Of a stretch of 64,000 nucleotides of DNA, positions 1 through 9,363 are shown in pieces. How positions within the stretch are numbered: the first letter of the stretch is position 1; every line of letters starts with the position of its first letter. The translations under genes and the position numbers were made by a program. The stretch is taken from NCBI GenBank assembly GCA_016182565.1, contig JACPGI010000003.1, positions 70,206-134,205 of the forward strand, in the 5' to 3' direction. The notes below the pieces were generated by a model that saw nothing but the letters and a program-made list of their open reading frames with translations, was not told the DNA's origin and searched no databases. This DNA comes from a candidate division WWE3 bacterium. GTDB taxonomy: Bacteria > Patescibacteriota > WWE3 > UBA101185 > UBA10185.

Positions 1-29
1 TTTAGAAGTTGAAAATTTGATTGTAAAAA

Positions 30-776
30 ATGCCACAAATTGAGTACAGAAATATAATTAAAGATTACGAGAATGATAGGATTTTAGATGATGTATCGTT
101 TAAGATAGACAAAGGCGAATTTGTTTTTTTGATAGGTCCTTCTGGGGCTGGAAAATCCACACTAATAAAGCTTTTAATTCGAGATGAGCTTCCTACCGCA
201 GGTCAAATATTTTTTGATAGTGGTGTAAATACTCAACAAACTAAAGCGGAGACAACAAGTCTTGTTGAGGAAGTTTCCTCTATTGCAAACATTTCCGATA
301 TCCCACACCAAATGTTACCGGATTTAAGACGTAAAATAGGGGTTGTATTTCAAGATTTCAAAGTTTTAAAATCCAAGAATGTATTTGAAAATGTTGCAAT
401 TGCTCTGGAAGTTGCTGATAGATCTTTGTCTGAAATAAGAAAGATAGTACCAAATGTCTTAGGTTTAGTTGGATTGTCAAACAAAATGGATAGATTCCCA
501 AAACAATTATCCGGAGGTGAGTTACAAAGACTTTCTATTGCACGAGCATTAGCTCACGAACCCGATGTATTAGTAGCAGATGAACCTACCGGTATGATTG
601 ACCCCAATTCAACTATAGAAGTTCTAAATGTATTAGAAAAAGTTAATTCTCTAGGGACAACAGTACTTATGGCAACGCACGATTACAATATTGTAAATAG
701 ATTAAAAAAACGAGTTATTCGCATAGAAAATGGCAAACTGATTTCTGATAAAAAGGAGGGTACATATGATGAGTAA
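30..776 (+). CDS. ftsE: Cell-division ABC ATPase FtsE
   Basis: Walker A GPSGAGKST and ABC signature LSGGELQRLSIARAL are present. It is immediately followed by an overlapping ftsX-like gene. Confidence 0.85.
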   Translation: MPQIEYRNIIKDYENDRILDDVSFKIDKGEFVFLIGPSGAGKSTLIKLLIRDELPTAGQIFFDSGVNTQQTKAETTSLVEEVSSIANISDIPHQMLPDLRRKIGVVFQDFKVLKSKNVFENVAIALEVADRSLSEIRKIVPNVLGLVGLSNKMDRFPKQLSGGELQRLSIARALAHEPDVLVADEPTGMIDPNSTIEVLNVLEKVNSLGTTVLMATHDYNIVNRLKKRVIRIENGKLISDKKEGTYDE

Positions 777-1656
777 GTATTTTAAGGAATTAAAAATTCT
801 CTACACCCGTGAAAAATTTTTGGTCCTTTCAAGTATTGCCATAATGACAGTCACATTTACCATTCTAGGATTCTTCTTAAGTTTAGTAATGGGTTTTCAT
901 ACGGCTATAAAAACTCTAGAATCCCAAGCTCAAATAACCTTATTTTTTAAAGATGAGTTTTCGGAAGCAAAAATTTTGGAACTAAAATCAAATATTGAAA
1001 ATAACGAAAAGATATTAAATGTTAATTACGTTTCCAAAGAACAGGCTTTTAAGATATTTACTGATTTAAATAAAGATGCTCCGATACTTCTGGAGGCGGT
1101 GACAAAGGATATACTTCCAGCAAGCTTAGAAATACGTGCAAGAAACCTTCAGGCTTTATCAGGACTAGCTGAAGAATTTAAGGTTACAGACGGGGTTGAG
1201 GAAGTAAAATTTTTCAGAGATGTGGTGGATAGATTCAAATACTGGGCTAATATTATTTATGTAGTTGGTGGAGTTTTAGTTGCAGTATTTTTATCTCTTT
1301 CCTATGCAATAATCCTTGCTACCCTTCGCATAAATATATCTTCTAAAGCAGACGAGATCGAAGTTATGAAGCTTGTTGGGGCAAGTGATATTTATATATC
1401 CAGGCCATTTAAAATGCACGGCTTGGGCTTTGGTGTGATTTCTGCATTACTTGCCAGTTTTATTTTAACTTTGTTATTTGTGAGTATTAAGTTTTTGGGT
1501 ATTTTTAGTGTAGACTCAAAATTTATAATAATTCCCGGAATAAAAGTAGGCATAGTTGCATTTCTGATCATTTTAAATTTTGTTATCTTGATATCCGGGG
1601 CTCTTGTTGGATATTTAGGCAGTCTTTCAGCGGTAAAAAAGTACCTCAAAATATAA
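766..1656 (+). CDS. ftsX: Cell-division permease-like protein FtsX
   Basis: It has one N-terminal TM segment, an extracytoplasmic domain and three C-terminal TM segments. It is translationally coupled to ftsE by an ATGA overlap. Confidence 0.7.
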   Translation: MMSKYFKELKILYTREKFLVLSSIAIMTVTFTILGFFLSLVMGFHTAIKTLESQAQITLFFKDEFSEAKILELKSNIENNEKILNVNYVSKEQAFKIFTDLNKDAPILLEAVTKDILPASLEIRARNLQALSGLAEEFKVTDGVEEVKFFRDVVDRFKYWANIIYVVGGVLVAVFLSLSYAIILATLRINISSKADEIEVMKLVGASDIYISRPFKMHGLGFGVISALLASFILTLLFVSIKFLGIFSVDSKFIIIPGIKVGIVAFLIILNFVILISGALVGYLGSLSAVKKYLKI

Positions 1657-1661
1657 TAGTT

Positions 1662-2948
1662 ATGTCAAAACACTTGAAGTTATACCTCCATTTAATATTG
1701 GTGATAGGAATTTTATGGGTTGGGTTTGGGATTTCTAACCAAAGAAATATAACCTCAAAAATTAAAAGCTTATTAAATAATTTTCATACTCAAGTTTTTG
1801 CCCAAGTTGCAGAAGAACACTTTAATATAGGCGGTACTGTTAATAATGAGGATGCCCTAATAGACAAAATAGAGGAGCTCAAAAAGAAGGTTTCAGATCT
1901 TCAAACCCAAGAACGAACTCTTAAAAATGAGATAGATTATTTTGATGCTCAAATCGATCTTACTGAACTTAAGATCCAAAACGCAAATGCGGAAATTACC
2001 AAACGTGGAAAGCTGCTAGAAGAGTTAGCTGCTGATATAAGTGACTTGTCAGGTAGGATTGTAAAACTAGCCGATTCTATTGATTACCAACAAAATGTTT
2101 TAAATGAAAGGGTGCGTGCAAGGTACAAAAGTGGAGATAATTCCCAGTTCTTAGTTTTATTTGGTTCTGATTCAATAAATACGTTAGTAAAACGTATTGA
2201 ATATTTAAAGATCTTACAGGCTCAAGATAAAAAGGTACTGGATCAAATGCAGGAAGCGAAAAAAGCCTTTAGCCTACAAAAAAACTTGTTTGAAACTAAA
2301 AAAACTGAAACTGCAGAGTTAAAAGCTAAGGTTGAGAGTGATAAAAAATCTTTGGAAGCATATGAGGTTGAGTTAAATAACCTTCGAGCCTCAAAAGATC
2401 AACTTTTGAAATCGACTCAGAACGATGAGGCTAAATATCAACAAGAGTTAGAAAAGGCTAAAGCTGAACTTGATGCAATCCAAGCAATTGTTGCAAGTAT
2501 TAACTTTAAAAATGGTACAAGCGTAAAACGAGGAGATGTAATAGCTGTCATGGGTAACTCCGGTTCTCCTTATTGTTCCGATGGGGCGCACCTTCATATG
2601 GAAGTACGAAAAAATGGCTCTGTGCAAAATGCTGAGAATTATTTAAAACCGATGTCGTTGTACGTTGAAGATTTTAGTTCCGGCACAAAAACTATCGGAA
2701 AAGGTAAATGGAATTGGCCGATGAAAGAGCCAACTGTAACCCAAAGGTACGGTTTGACCCCGTGGTCAAGAAGATACCCGAGCGGGAAGCACGATGGCGT
2801 TGATATGGTGGCATCTAATACATTTATATATGCGCCAGACGACGGAAAAATGGTTCGTGGTGGTATGGGTTGCTATGGTGCGGTAATAAATTATGTGGCG
2901 ATAGATCATGGTGATGGGGTTGTAAGTTATTACCTGCATGTGAAGTAA
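1662..2948 (+). CDS. EnvC-like coiled-coil protein with a degenerate M23/LytM peptidase domain
   Basis: An N-terminal TM segment is followed by a long coiled coil. The C-terminus carries M23 motifs (GNSGS..HLHMEV and GKHDGVD...YAPDDGKMV). Position after ftsEX fits an FtsEX-EnvC module. Confidence 0.7.
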   Translation: MSKHLKLYLHLILVIGILWVGFGISNQRNITSKIKSLLNNFHTQVFAQVAEEHFNIGGTVNNEDALIDKIEELKKKVSDLQTQERTLKNEIDYFDAQIDLTELKIQNANAEITKRGKLLEELAADISDLSGRIVKLADSIDYQQNVLNERVRARYKSGDNSQFLVLFGSDSINTLVKRIEYLKILQAQDKKVLDQMQEAKKAFSLQKNLFETKKTETAELKAKVESDKKSLEAYEVELNNLRASKDQLLKSTQNDEAKYQQELEKAKAELDAIQAIVASINFKNGTSVKRGDVIAVMGNSGSPYCSDGAHLHMEVRKNGSVQNAENYLKPMSLYVEDFSSGTKTIGKGKWNWPMKEPTVTQRYGLTPWSRRYPSGKHDGVDMVASNTFIYAPDDGKMVRGGMGCYGAVINYVAIDHGDGVVSYYLHVK

Positions 2949-3009
2949 ATCCTAATCTCACTAGATATTTTACCTTCAAAATTAATATTTCCCATTTTAA
3001 ACTGCATAA

Positions 3010-3519
3010 GTGCCAAATTTATCCTATAAAAGTTTTTTGAAAAATTATTATGCACTGTTACTTATTTTTATTATGTTGAGTTTTATGGTCTTTAGAACTT
3101 TAGGGCACTCGTATGCACAAGAATTGATTGGGGAGAAGTATTTTGACTTTGTTCCTCGAAGCTATCTTACAAGTATTGATCAGACTCTTGTTGTAGATTT
3201 TTTGTTTGATTTGGGTGAAGTTAAGCCTTCCAGATTTAAAGTTCGTCCTAAAGCAGAAAACGTCTTACTTAAGATGGTGGAGGATGCCGCAGAAAAAGAT
3301 GCCACATTACCTTGGACTCAAATGCCACTTCTTGGCTCATCTCAAAAGATAAAGCTTTATGGAAGTTATGAGGTTTTTGGCTTACATTTTGAAATATTAG
3401 ACTTGGTGACAGGGAAGATATATACAACTTCTACTTACAAAGTGTGGAATGGGTTACTTCTTTCTCAATATATCGACAAAATCAATTCTAATCTATTAAA
3501 TGATAAAATGCTTAGGTGA
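3010..3519 (+). CDS. Hypothetical membrane-anchored protein
   Basis: ORF with an N-terminal hydrophobic segment; no recognisable motif. Confidence 0.3.
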   Translation: MPNLSYKSFLKNYYALLLIFIMLSFMVFRTLGHSYAQELIGEKYFDFVPRSYLTSIDQTLVVDFLFDLGEVKPSRFKVRPKAENVLLKMVEDAAEKDATLPWTQMPLLGSSQKIKLYGSYEVFGLHFEILDLVTGKIYTTSTYKVWNGLLLSQYIDKINSNLLNDKMLR

Positions 3520-3887
3520 AAACTTTTTTAAGATGGCTACCTGCAATAATTATGTTTGTAATAATATTTTACCTGTCTTCAAGACATGGAACTTTGGTGA
3601 CCGATGTTTATATTTTGAACTACCTAACAAATAAATTAGCCCACGTGCTTATCTATTTTCTTCTTACAATTACAGTATACCGTGGTGTCAAGAGCAACCC
3701 AAAAACATTTTTAATCGTTTTATTATATGCGATCTCTGATGAAATTCATCAGGGTTTTGTGCCAACTAGGGGAGGAAGATGGCGAGATGTGTTACTAGAC
3801 GCCGCAGCTTCTGGATATGCTATTTTAGTATTATGGAAATTTTATCAATATCTGCCGAACAAACTAAAGAGTTGGCTTGCATACTAG
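3516..3887 (+). CDS. VanZ-like small membrane protein
   Basis: It has four hydrophobic segments and a DEIHQGFVPTRGGRWRD motif reminiscent of the VanZ family. The 3' end probably overlaps the tsaE start. Confidence 0.35.
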   Translation: MKTFLRWLPAIIMFVIIFYLSSRHGTLVTDVYILNYLTNKLAHVLIYFLLTITVYRGVKSNPKTFLIVLLYAISDEIHQGFVPTRGGRWRDVLLDAAASGYAILVLWKFYQYLPNKLKSWLAY

Positions 3888-4297
3888 CAAGAAAACTAAA
3901 ACCAAAAGATGTGCTGGCTTTACATGGGGATTTAGGTTCCGGTAAAACTACATTCACCTCTTTTTTGGTTGCTGCCCTTGGAATAGAAAAAAGAGTGCAA
4001 AGTCCGACCTTTGTCATTCTTCGAAGGTATGTAAGAGCTATCAATTTAGAAATCAACTCCGCAACAACTACAAAAATCAATGCAGTTAACCACCTTGATC
4101 TTTACAGGCTTCAGACTGCAGCAGAAGTAGTTGATATAGGAATTAGTGAAATACTTGATGAATCAGATGCTGTTACTATAATTGAATGGCCGGAATTGGC
4201 AAAGAAATTACTTCCAAAAGAACGCACCATCGATATTTATTTTGAACAAGGAAAAGATGAACTTACAAGAAAAATCACAATACAAAATCTACATTGA
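3833..4297 (+). CDS. tsaE: tRNA t6A37 biosynthesis ATPase TsaE
   Basis: P-loop LHGDLGSGKTTF, VQSPTFVI and HLDLYRL motifs are typical of TsaE/YjeE. The start was moved to an internal ATG downstream of the overlapping upstream gene. Confidence 0.75.
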   Translation: MEILSISAEQTKELACILARKLKPKDVLALHGDLGSGKTTFTSFLVAALGIEKRVQSPTFVILRRYVRAINLEINSATTTKINAVNHLDLYRLQTAAEVVDIGISEILDESDAVTIIEWPELAKKLLPKERTIDIYFEQGKDELTRKITIQNLH

Positions 4298-4607
4298 TAC
4301 AGCAGATAGAAAAGAAAAACGAGTCACACTGTATGGTCAAAATGAAAGTAAGATAGATGAGTTGGTTGGGGATATTGATGTGGTATCTACTATCAGAGAT
4401 ATTTTACAAAAACATGGTATAGAAGCTTCAATGGTACACGAGTATCGTGTAAACTCGGGACCCGGTTCATTTACTGGGTTAAAAATAGGCGTGACGGTGG
4501 CAAATGTAATAAACTGGGCGCTAGGTAAAAAAACTATTTCCGAAATGTCCCTACCTACGTATGGCCAAGAACCCAACATCCATCCAACAACATGGCTTGA
4601 GAAATGA
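4257..4607 (+). CDS. tsaB: TsaB/YeaZ-like protein (short form, N-terminal domain only)
   Basis: The SGPGSFTGLKIGVTVANVINWALG motif is characteristic of the TsaB/TsaD fold. Only about 117 aa, shorter than the canonical TsaB. Confidence 0.45.
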   Translation: MNLQEKSQYKIYIDTADRKEKRVTLYGQNESKIDELVGDIDVVSTIRDILQKHGIEASMVHEYRVNSGPGSFTGLKIGVTVANVINWALGKKTISEMSLPTYGQEPNIHPTTWLEK

Positions 4608-4672
4608 TAGAATAACTTCAAGTTTACTGCCTGCCGGTATTTCCGGGAGTATTTTCTTTTAAGAAGGACAAC

Positions 4673-5644
4673 ATGTCAAAAAAGTTAGTATCCATAGTAA
4701 TACCTTGTATTAATGAAGAGAAAAATATCAACCGAACACTTGACTCCTTATTAAAGCTTGAGCAAACCATTGATTATAATTTTGAAATCTTAGCTATTAA
4801 TGACGGAAGTAAAGACAGTACATGGAAAGTAATTTCTGAGTATGCGACTAAATACCCTCAGATTATAGGAATTGACCAAATGATGAATTTTGGGCAAAGT
4901 GCTGCTTATCAAGCTGGGTTTGATATGGCACATGGTGAGTATATTGTTACCCTTTCAGCTGATCTTGAGATACCTATTGAAAATATCACAAAAGTTTTAA
5001 GTCTTTTGGAGGATGGATATGACTTTGTAAATACACATAGGGTAGGGCGTTGGGGTCATGAAAAAGCTTCTCGACAAGTTCAAAGTGGTATGGCCAATAG
5101 AATTATCACAAAAATTTCTGGTGTAAGTATGATGGACCGAGGTTCTGGGTTAAAGGGATTTAAAAGACAAATTCTTACTCAGTTAAAACTTTATGGCGAG
5201 ATGCATAGATTTATTCCTGATTATTTATCAGCATTTGGCGCAAGAATGAAAGAATTTGATGTTGAATTTAAAGATAGGGATTATGGGAAATCCGCTTACG
5301 TTGGTGCAACTCGAACTATAAAAGTGATGTTAGACCTAACAACGCTTGCATTCATGCTTTATTTTGCAAGAAAACCATTTTCAATGATGCCGGGAAGACT
5401 ATTTGGATTTACGGGTGCAGTTACAACCGGGGTTGGAGGTATGACTGTGTTTTATTTACTTATTTTGAAGTTGATGGGGCAGAGTATAGGAAATAGACCA
5501 CTTTTAACTATTGCAGTTCTTATGGTAATAGTCGGAATTCAATCTATGATGATGGGTATGATCGGAGAACTTATGCTTCGCACATATTTTGAGTCAAGTG
5601 GGCGAAAAAATTATATGTCAAGAGAAGTTGTTAGGCGCAGCTAA
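4673..5644 (+). CDS. GT2 polyprenol-phosphate glycosyltransferase (Dpm1/GtrB/ArnC-like)
   Basis: An N-terminal GT-A fold (SIVIPCINEE, DGSKDST, acidic motifs) is followed by two C-terminal TM helices, the architecture of polyprenyl-phosphate sugar synthases. Confidence 0.75.
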   Translation: MSKKLVSIVIPCINEEKNINRTLDSLLKLEQTIDYNFEILAINDGSKDSTWKVISEYATKYPQIIGIDQMMNFGQSAAYQAGFDMAHGEYIVTLSADLEIPIENITKVLSLLEDGYDFVNTHRVGRWGHEKASRQVQSGMANRIITKISGVSMMDRGSGLKGFKRQILTQLKLYGEMHRFIPDYLSAFGARMKEFDVEFKDRDYGKSAYVGATRTIKVMLDLTTLAFMLYFARKPFSMMPGRLFGFTGAVTTGVGGMTVFYLLILKLMGQSIGNRPLLTIAVLMVIVGIQSMMMGMIGELMLRTYFESSGRKNYMSREVVRRS

Positions 5645-5647
5645 ACA

Positions 5648-6922
5648 ATGCTTTTGAGTTTTGGCCAAAACCCAAAAAAATTACTTGGGGGAATCAGATT
5701 CTACGTAAATTCTACACCTACCTTTTTAACACAAAATAAGCGTGAGATTTTAAAAATTGGGGTTTTAGTTCTTATTTTACTTGTTACCTCCTTTCAGAAA
5801 TATAAGGTATTTGATGAAGCGGGTGGAGATTTTGAAGTTTATCGTAAAGCCTCAAGAGATTTTTTGAGTGGCAAAAATCCTTATAAATATACAGTTGATT
5901 CCTACAAAAATGAAAAAAATCAAAAAAGAGATGACACAACTCAAGCAAAAAAGGATGATCTTGGTCACGGATTTGCCTATTTACCAGGTTTACTTTACGT
6001 TCAGACACCACTATATGTTTTATCTCAAGAATTTAACTTACCAATTCAGCGAGTTTGGCGTACTCCGGTGTTACTTGTTGATATTGGTGTGAGTGTACTT
6101 TTGATTATAAGTCTGTACAAAAGAAACTATTTAGCAACAGTTTTATCTCTTTTACTTTGGTCTTATTCACCGTTTTTTCTTGTTAGGGGAAGTTACACAA
6201 ATACCGAACCATTTCCTGTATTTTTTCTCTTATTTTCACTTATACTTCTTGAGAAAAATAATAAGTTATCTGCTCTATTTTTTGCTCTATCAGTGGCATT
6301 CAAAACCTTTCCAATTATGTTTTTGCCAATTTTCTTACTAAAATCAAAAGACAAATTCCAATTTTTGCTTATTGGATTTTTAGTTTTTATTTTTATTAGT
6401 TTACCGTTTATGAAATCTTTCCAAGATTTTTGGACTTATCTACAAGGTGCACTTCTTGTCCATGGTGATAGGGAGCTTCAAGGGCGTCCAATCCTTTCTT
6501 ATATCCAATATTATACCGGCATAAATTTTTTCCAGCCTACTTTGTTTAAGTTTTATGTCTATTTGGCCCTTTTATCGGGTCCTTTTGTAGTATTACTTAC
6601 GGCGAAGAGAAATTTGCACAAATATATCCAAGTATTTATTACATTTTTATGTTTTTATATTTTCACTCCTGTTTTAAGTCGAACTCATCTTGTGTGGTTT
6701 ATCCCATTTTATATACTTGGTATGTCTGAACTTGTTTGTCCTACTGATTATCAACTTCCCAAGGATTCAAATGATAAGCCACCTTTAATTCAAAAGTTCG
6801 GATTCAACAAAAAATGGCTTTGGTACTATTTTGCTGTCATTTGTTTTTATGCTTTCTACGCCTTTTATCTTTTATATTGGGATAGGGGTTTTCGTTATCA
6901 GGAAAATACAATCTTACTTTAA
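5648..6922 (+). CDS. GT-C fold polytopic glycosyltransferase (DUF2029/GT87-like)
   Basis: It has more than 10 TM segments and an early loop motif, DFEVYRKASRDFLSGKNPY, typical of DUF2029/GT87 mannosyltransferases. It sits directly after the GT2 gene. Confidence 0.55.
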   Translation: MLLSFGQNPKKLLGGIRFYVNSTPTFLTQNKREILKIGVLVLILLVTSFQKYKVFDEAGGDFEVYRKASRDFLSGKNPYKYTVDSYKNEKNQKRDDTTQAKKDDLGHGFAYLPGLLYVQTPLYVLSQEFNLPIQRVWRTPVLLVDIGVSVLLIISLYKRNYLATVLSLLLWSYSPFFLVRGSYTNTEPFPVFFLLFSLILLEKNNKLSALFFALSVAFKTFPIMFLPIFLLKSKDKFQFLLIGFLVFIFISLPFMKSFQDFWTYLQGALLVHGDRELQGRPILSYIQYYTGINFFQPTLFKFYVYLALLSGPFVVLLTAKRNLHKYIQVFITFLCFYIFTPVLSRTHLVWFIPFYILGMSELVCPTDYQLPKDSNDKPPLIQKFGFNKKWLWYYFAVICFYAFYAFYLLYWDRGFRYQENTILL

Positions 6923-6944
6923 GTTTTTTTGCTAAAATACCACT

Positions 6945-7616
6945 ATGAAATCATTTTTGAAGCCTGCCAATCTTGGTGACACCTTTTTGTTTTTTGGATT
7001 TTTGACCCTTTTTTATACAAGTTTTATTTTTACATCTGCAAAGGTTTCTAAGGGAGATGTTCTTGCTACATGTACAAGTGACGGTGCATATGGCCAGACT
7101 TGCACAAACGAAGAAAATTTCACTGTTGAAAAGAAGGTAAGAATAAAAGGAAACACCTCTTGGCAAGATAAAGTAATAAATGTGAAAGAAGTAGAGACAG
7201 TTGAATTTCGTATAACTGTAAAAAACGTTGGTGATGAGTCAGAAAGTAAGATGAAAACTATAGATTTACTGCCGGATGAGTTGAGTCGAACTGGTGGGGC
7301 CGGTCTTACAGAAGTGTGGGATGATTTCAACGATGGGGATAGTAAGGAATTTATTATTGAATCAAAGCTTAAATCAAGTGAGTTCCAAAACACCAAGCAA
7401 TTTGAAAAATGTGTAGTAAATAAGGTCGATTTATACCAAAACGAAGATCACAAAGGATCAGATACAGCCACTGTTTGTTATAACAATGCGAAAGTAGAAG
7501 AGCTTCCAAAGACTGGTCCAATTGTTCCAATAGGTATTTTAGGTATTATCGGGGTGGGGTTGGGATTTGCTGGAAGCTATTTAAAAACTCTACCTTCAAA
7601 GACAAGACGTCGCTAG
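6945..7616 (+). CDS. LPXTG-anchored surface protein
   Basis: An N-terminal signal/TM segment and a C-terminal LPKTG are followed by a hydrophobic stretch and a KTRRR tail, a classic sortase sorting signal. Confidence 0.6.
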   Translation: MKSFLKPANLGDTFLFFGFLTLFYTSFIFTSAKVSKGDVLATCTSDGAYGQTCTNEENFTVEKKVRIKGNTSWQDKVINVKEVETVEFRITVKNVGDESESKMKTIDLLPDELSRTGGAGLTEVWDDFNDGDSKEFIIESKLKSSEFQNTKQFEKCVVNKVDLYQNEDHKGSDTATVCYNNAKVEELPKTGPIVPIGILGIIGVGLGFAGSYLKTLPSKTRRR

Positions 7617-7628
7617 TAAAGTAAGTAT

Positions 7629-8769
7629 ATGATTAATCCAAGCAATGCTAAGTCTAAACCGCAACTAAGTGTTTCTGAGATTAATATATTATTATCAAAA
7701 ACTGGTTGGCAGTCGTGGAGTGGTTCCACCAAGTTTAAGTTGCCAACACATGATTTTCCCCCCAGTGCTTACACACCAAAGATTTTTGAAATGCCAGAAA
7801 TTACTTTAAAACCATCAGCAGTTGGGTGGAGTTCTTGGCCTGTTTTTGGGACAAATATAAATGAAGGTGAATTAATAAAGCAACTAATCTGGTTAAAAAA
7901 TAATCCTGATATAAAACTTGAATATATTTTACTAGATGATGGTTGGGCCTTGTGGGGAGATTGGTTTGATATTGACAGAAAAAATTTTCAAATGGGTTTA
8001 AACCTCTAATTAAACAAATTAAACAGGGGGGGGATTAAAAGCCGGGATCTGGATAGCTCCATTTTTAGTGCATCCGAGGGCCAAAATACTAAAAGAACAC
8101 ACCGATTGGTTTGTATATGATAAGTTGCATGCGCTAACGGACGGCCTAAAAATTTCAAATTGGTCACATTTCCCAATTAAAAGATTCCTTCTTGATATAA
8201 GAAAAGTTGAAGTCCAGAAATATTTGGAAAATGTATTTGAATCTTTATTTGTAGAGATTGGTTTCGAACTTGTAAAGCTTGATTTTCTATACGCAATTTA
8301 TTTTAACTCTCAGATGTCTATATCGGAAAGTGACGACCAATTAAACAAATTTCTGACAGATTTAAAGAAGAGATATCCAGCAGTTTATACTGTTGCGTGT
8401 GGGTGTCCTTTAGTACCAGCAATAGGTGCCGTAGACTCACTACGGATTGCAAAAGACAGCTCAATTGAGTTATATTTTCCAAGATGGTTGGGGTTTCTTG
8501 GTTATTTTATTAATGTAATTCATGCAAAAATTTACTTACGAGCACTTATAAAGAATTATAAAGAACGAGTATGGTCTAAGTGTATTTGGAATTTAGATCT
8601 GGATTTTTTTATTTTCGACAAGGCGCGAGGATTTTCAAAAAAAGATTTGAGTTTATTACTAAGATTAATTAAGGAGTCTAATGGGAATGTGTTTTTGGGT
8701 GGTGATTTAACTAAAATCACAGACGAAGATAAGAAAAATTATATTTATCCCCTATTAAATATCAAATAG
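7629..8769 (+). pseudogene. GH27-like alpha-galactosidase, interrupted by two frameshifts at homopolymers
   Basis: GWSSW/GWQSW and LLDDGW motifs match GH27 (human GLA PPMGWNSW...IDDCW). Continuity with the downstream ORF (GLKAGIWIAPF...KLDFLYA) needs +1 at T4 (7986-7989) and +1 at G8 (8026-8033). The three-frame splice DRKNF/SNGFKPLIKQIKQGG/LKAGIW aligns to GLA [23 protein letters not shown]. Confidence 0.6.
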
Positions 8770-8772
8770 AGT

Positions 8773-9159
8773 TCAAAGTTCAATACGTGGAATATCACCC
8801 TTATAAAATTTTTTAACATTAATTAGTTCATTTTTTTGGATATATGCCTTCAGTGCTCTATGAAGTCCATCCATTATCACCCACTTATTGTCTATATTTA
8901 TAGCAGCAATTGGATATGATAAATCCGTTTCCATTGTTCTGTTATACTGCTCGATGTGGGTTTGAGGGTTTTTTATCACTTCAATTGGTCTTAATGACAT
9001 TTCCTTTCCATTATCAGTCCAAAATGGCAAATGAAACATCCATTCAAAATCTTTAATTGGTAATTTTTCAATTGGGGCTTCTTCTGTCCAGAGTTTTTTA
9101 GTATCCCACCAAAAGTCTAAGCCAATATCTTTTGTTATGTTCGGTATGTCTCTTTTCAT
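8773..9159 (-). CDS. Hypothetical protein with a ParB/Srx-like DGxHR motif
   Basis: ORF with IMDGLHRALKAY, resembling the ParB-like nuclease domain signature. Confidence 0.35.
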   Translation of the reverse strand: MKRDIPNITKDIGLDFWWDTKKLWTEEAPIEKLPIKDFEWMFHLPFWTDNGKEMSLRPIEVIKNPQTHIEQYNRTMETDLSYPIAAINIDNKWVIMDGLHRALKAYIQKNELINVKKFYKGDIPRIEL

Positions 9160-9204
9160 AAAGGAATTATACTCTAGAAATATTTTGGTCGACTATAGCA
9201 GACG

Positions 9205-9321
9205 ACGTTTGCAACTATTTTATCACCTCTAAGGAGCTGATTTATATACCTGATTATGCCTAAATAAATTAATAGTACTGTTCTCAACTATTGATGGATT
9301 CAGTACGTTTGCAAAACTATT
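9205..9321. promoter_or_regulatory. Direct repeat CGTTTGCAA(A)ACTATT, two copies about 100 bp apart upstream of the glycosylase-like gene
   Basis: Seen at 9205-9218 and 9306-9321, inside the 204 bp intergenic region before the 9364 start. Confidence 0.25.
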
Positions 9322-9363
9322 AGATACCTGTTACAAAGTACACAATCAAACTATAATCAGAAT

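Noticed and set aside
1392-1649. 85 aa minus-strand ORF inside ftsX
   Set aside because: It is antisense to a well-supported gene and has no motif.
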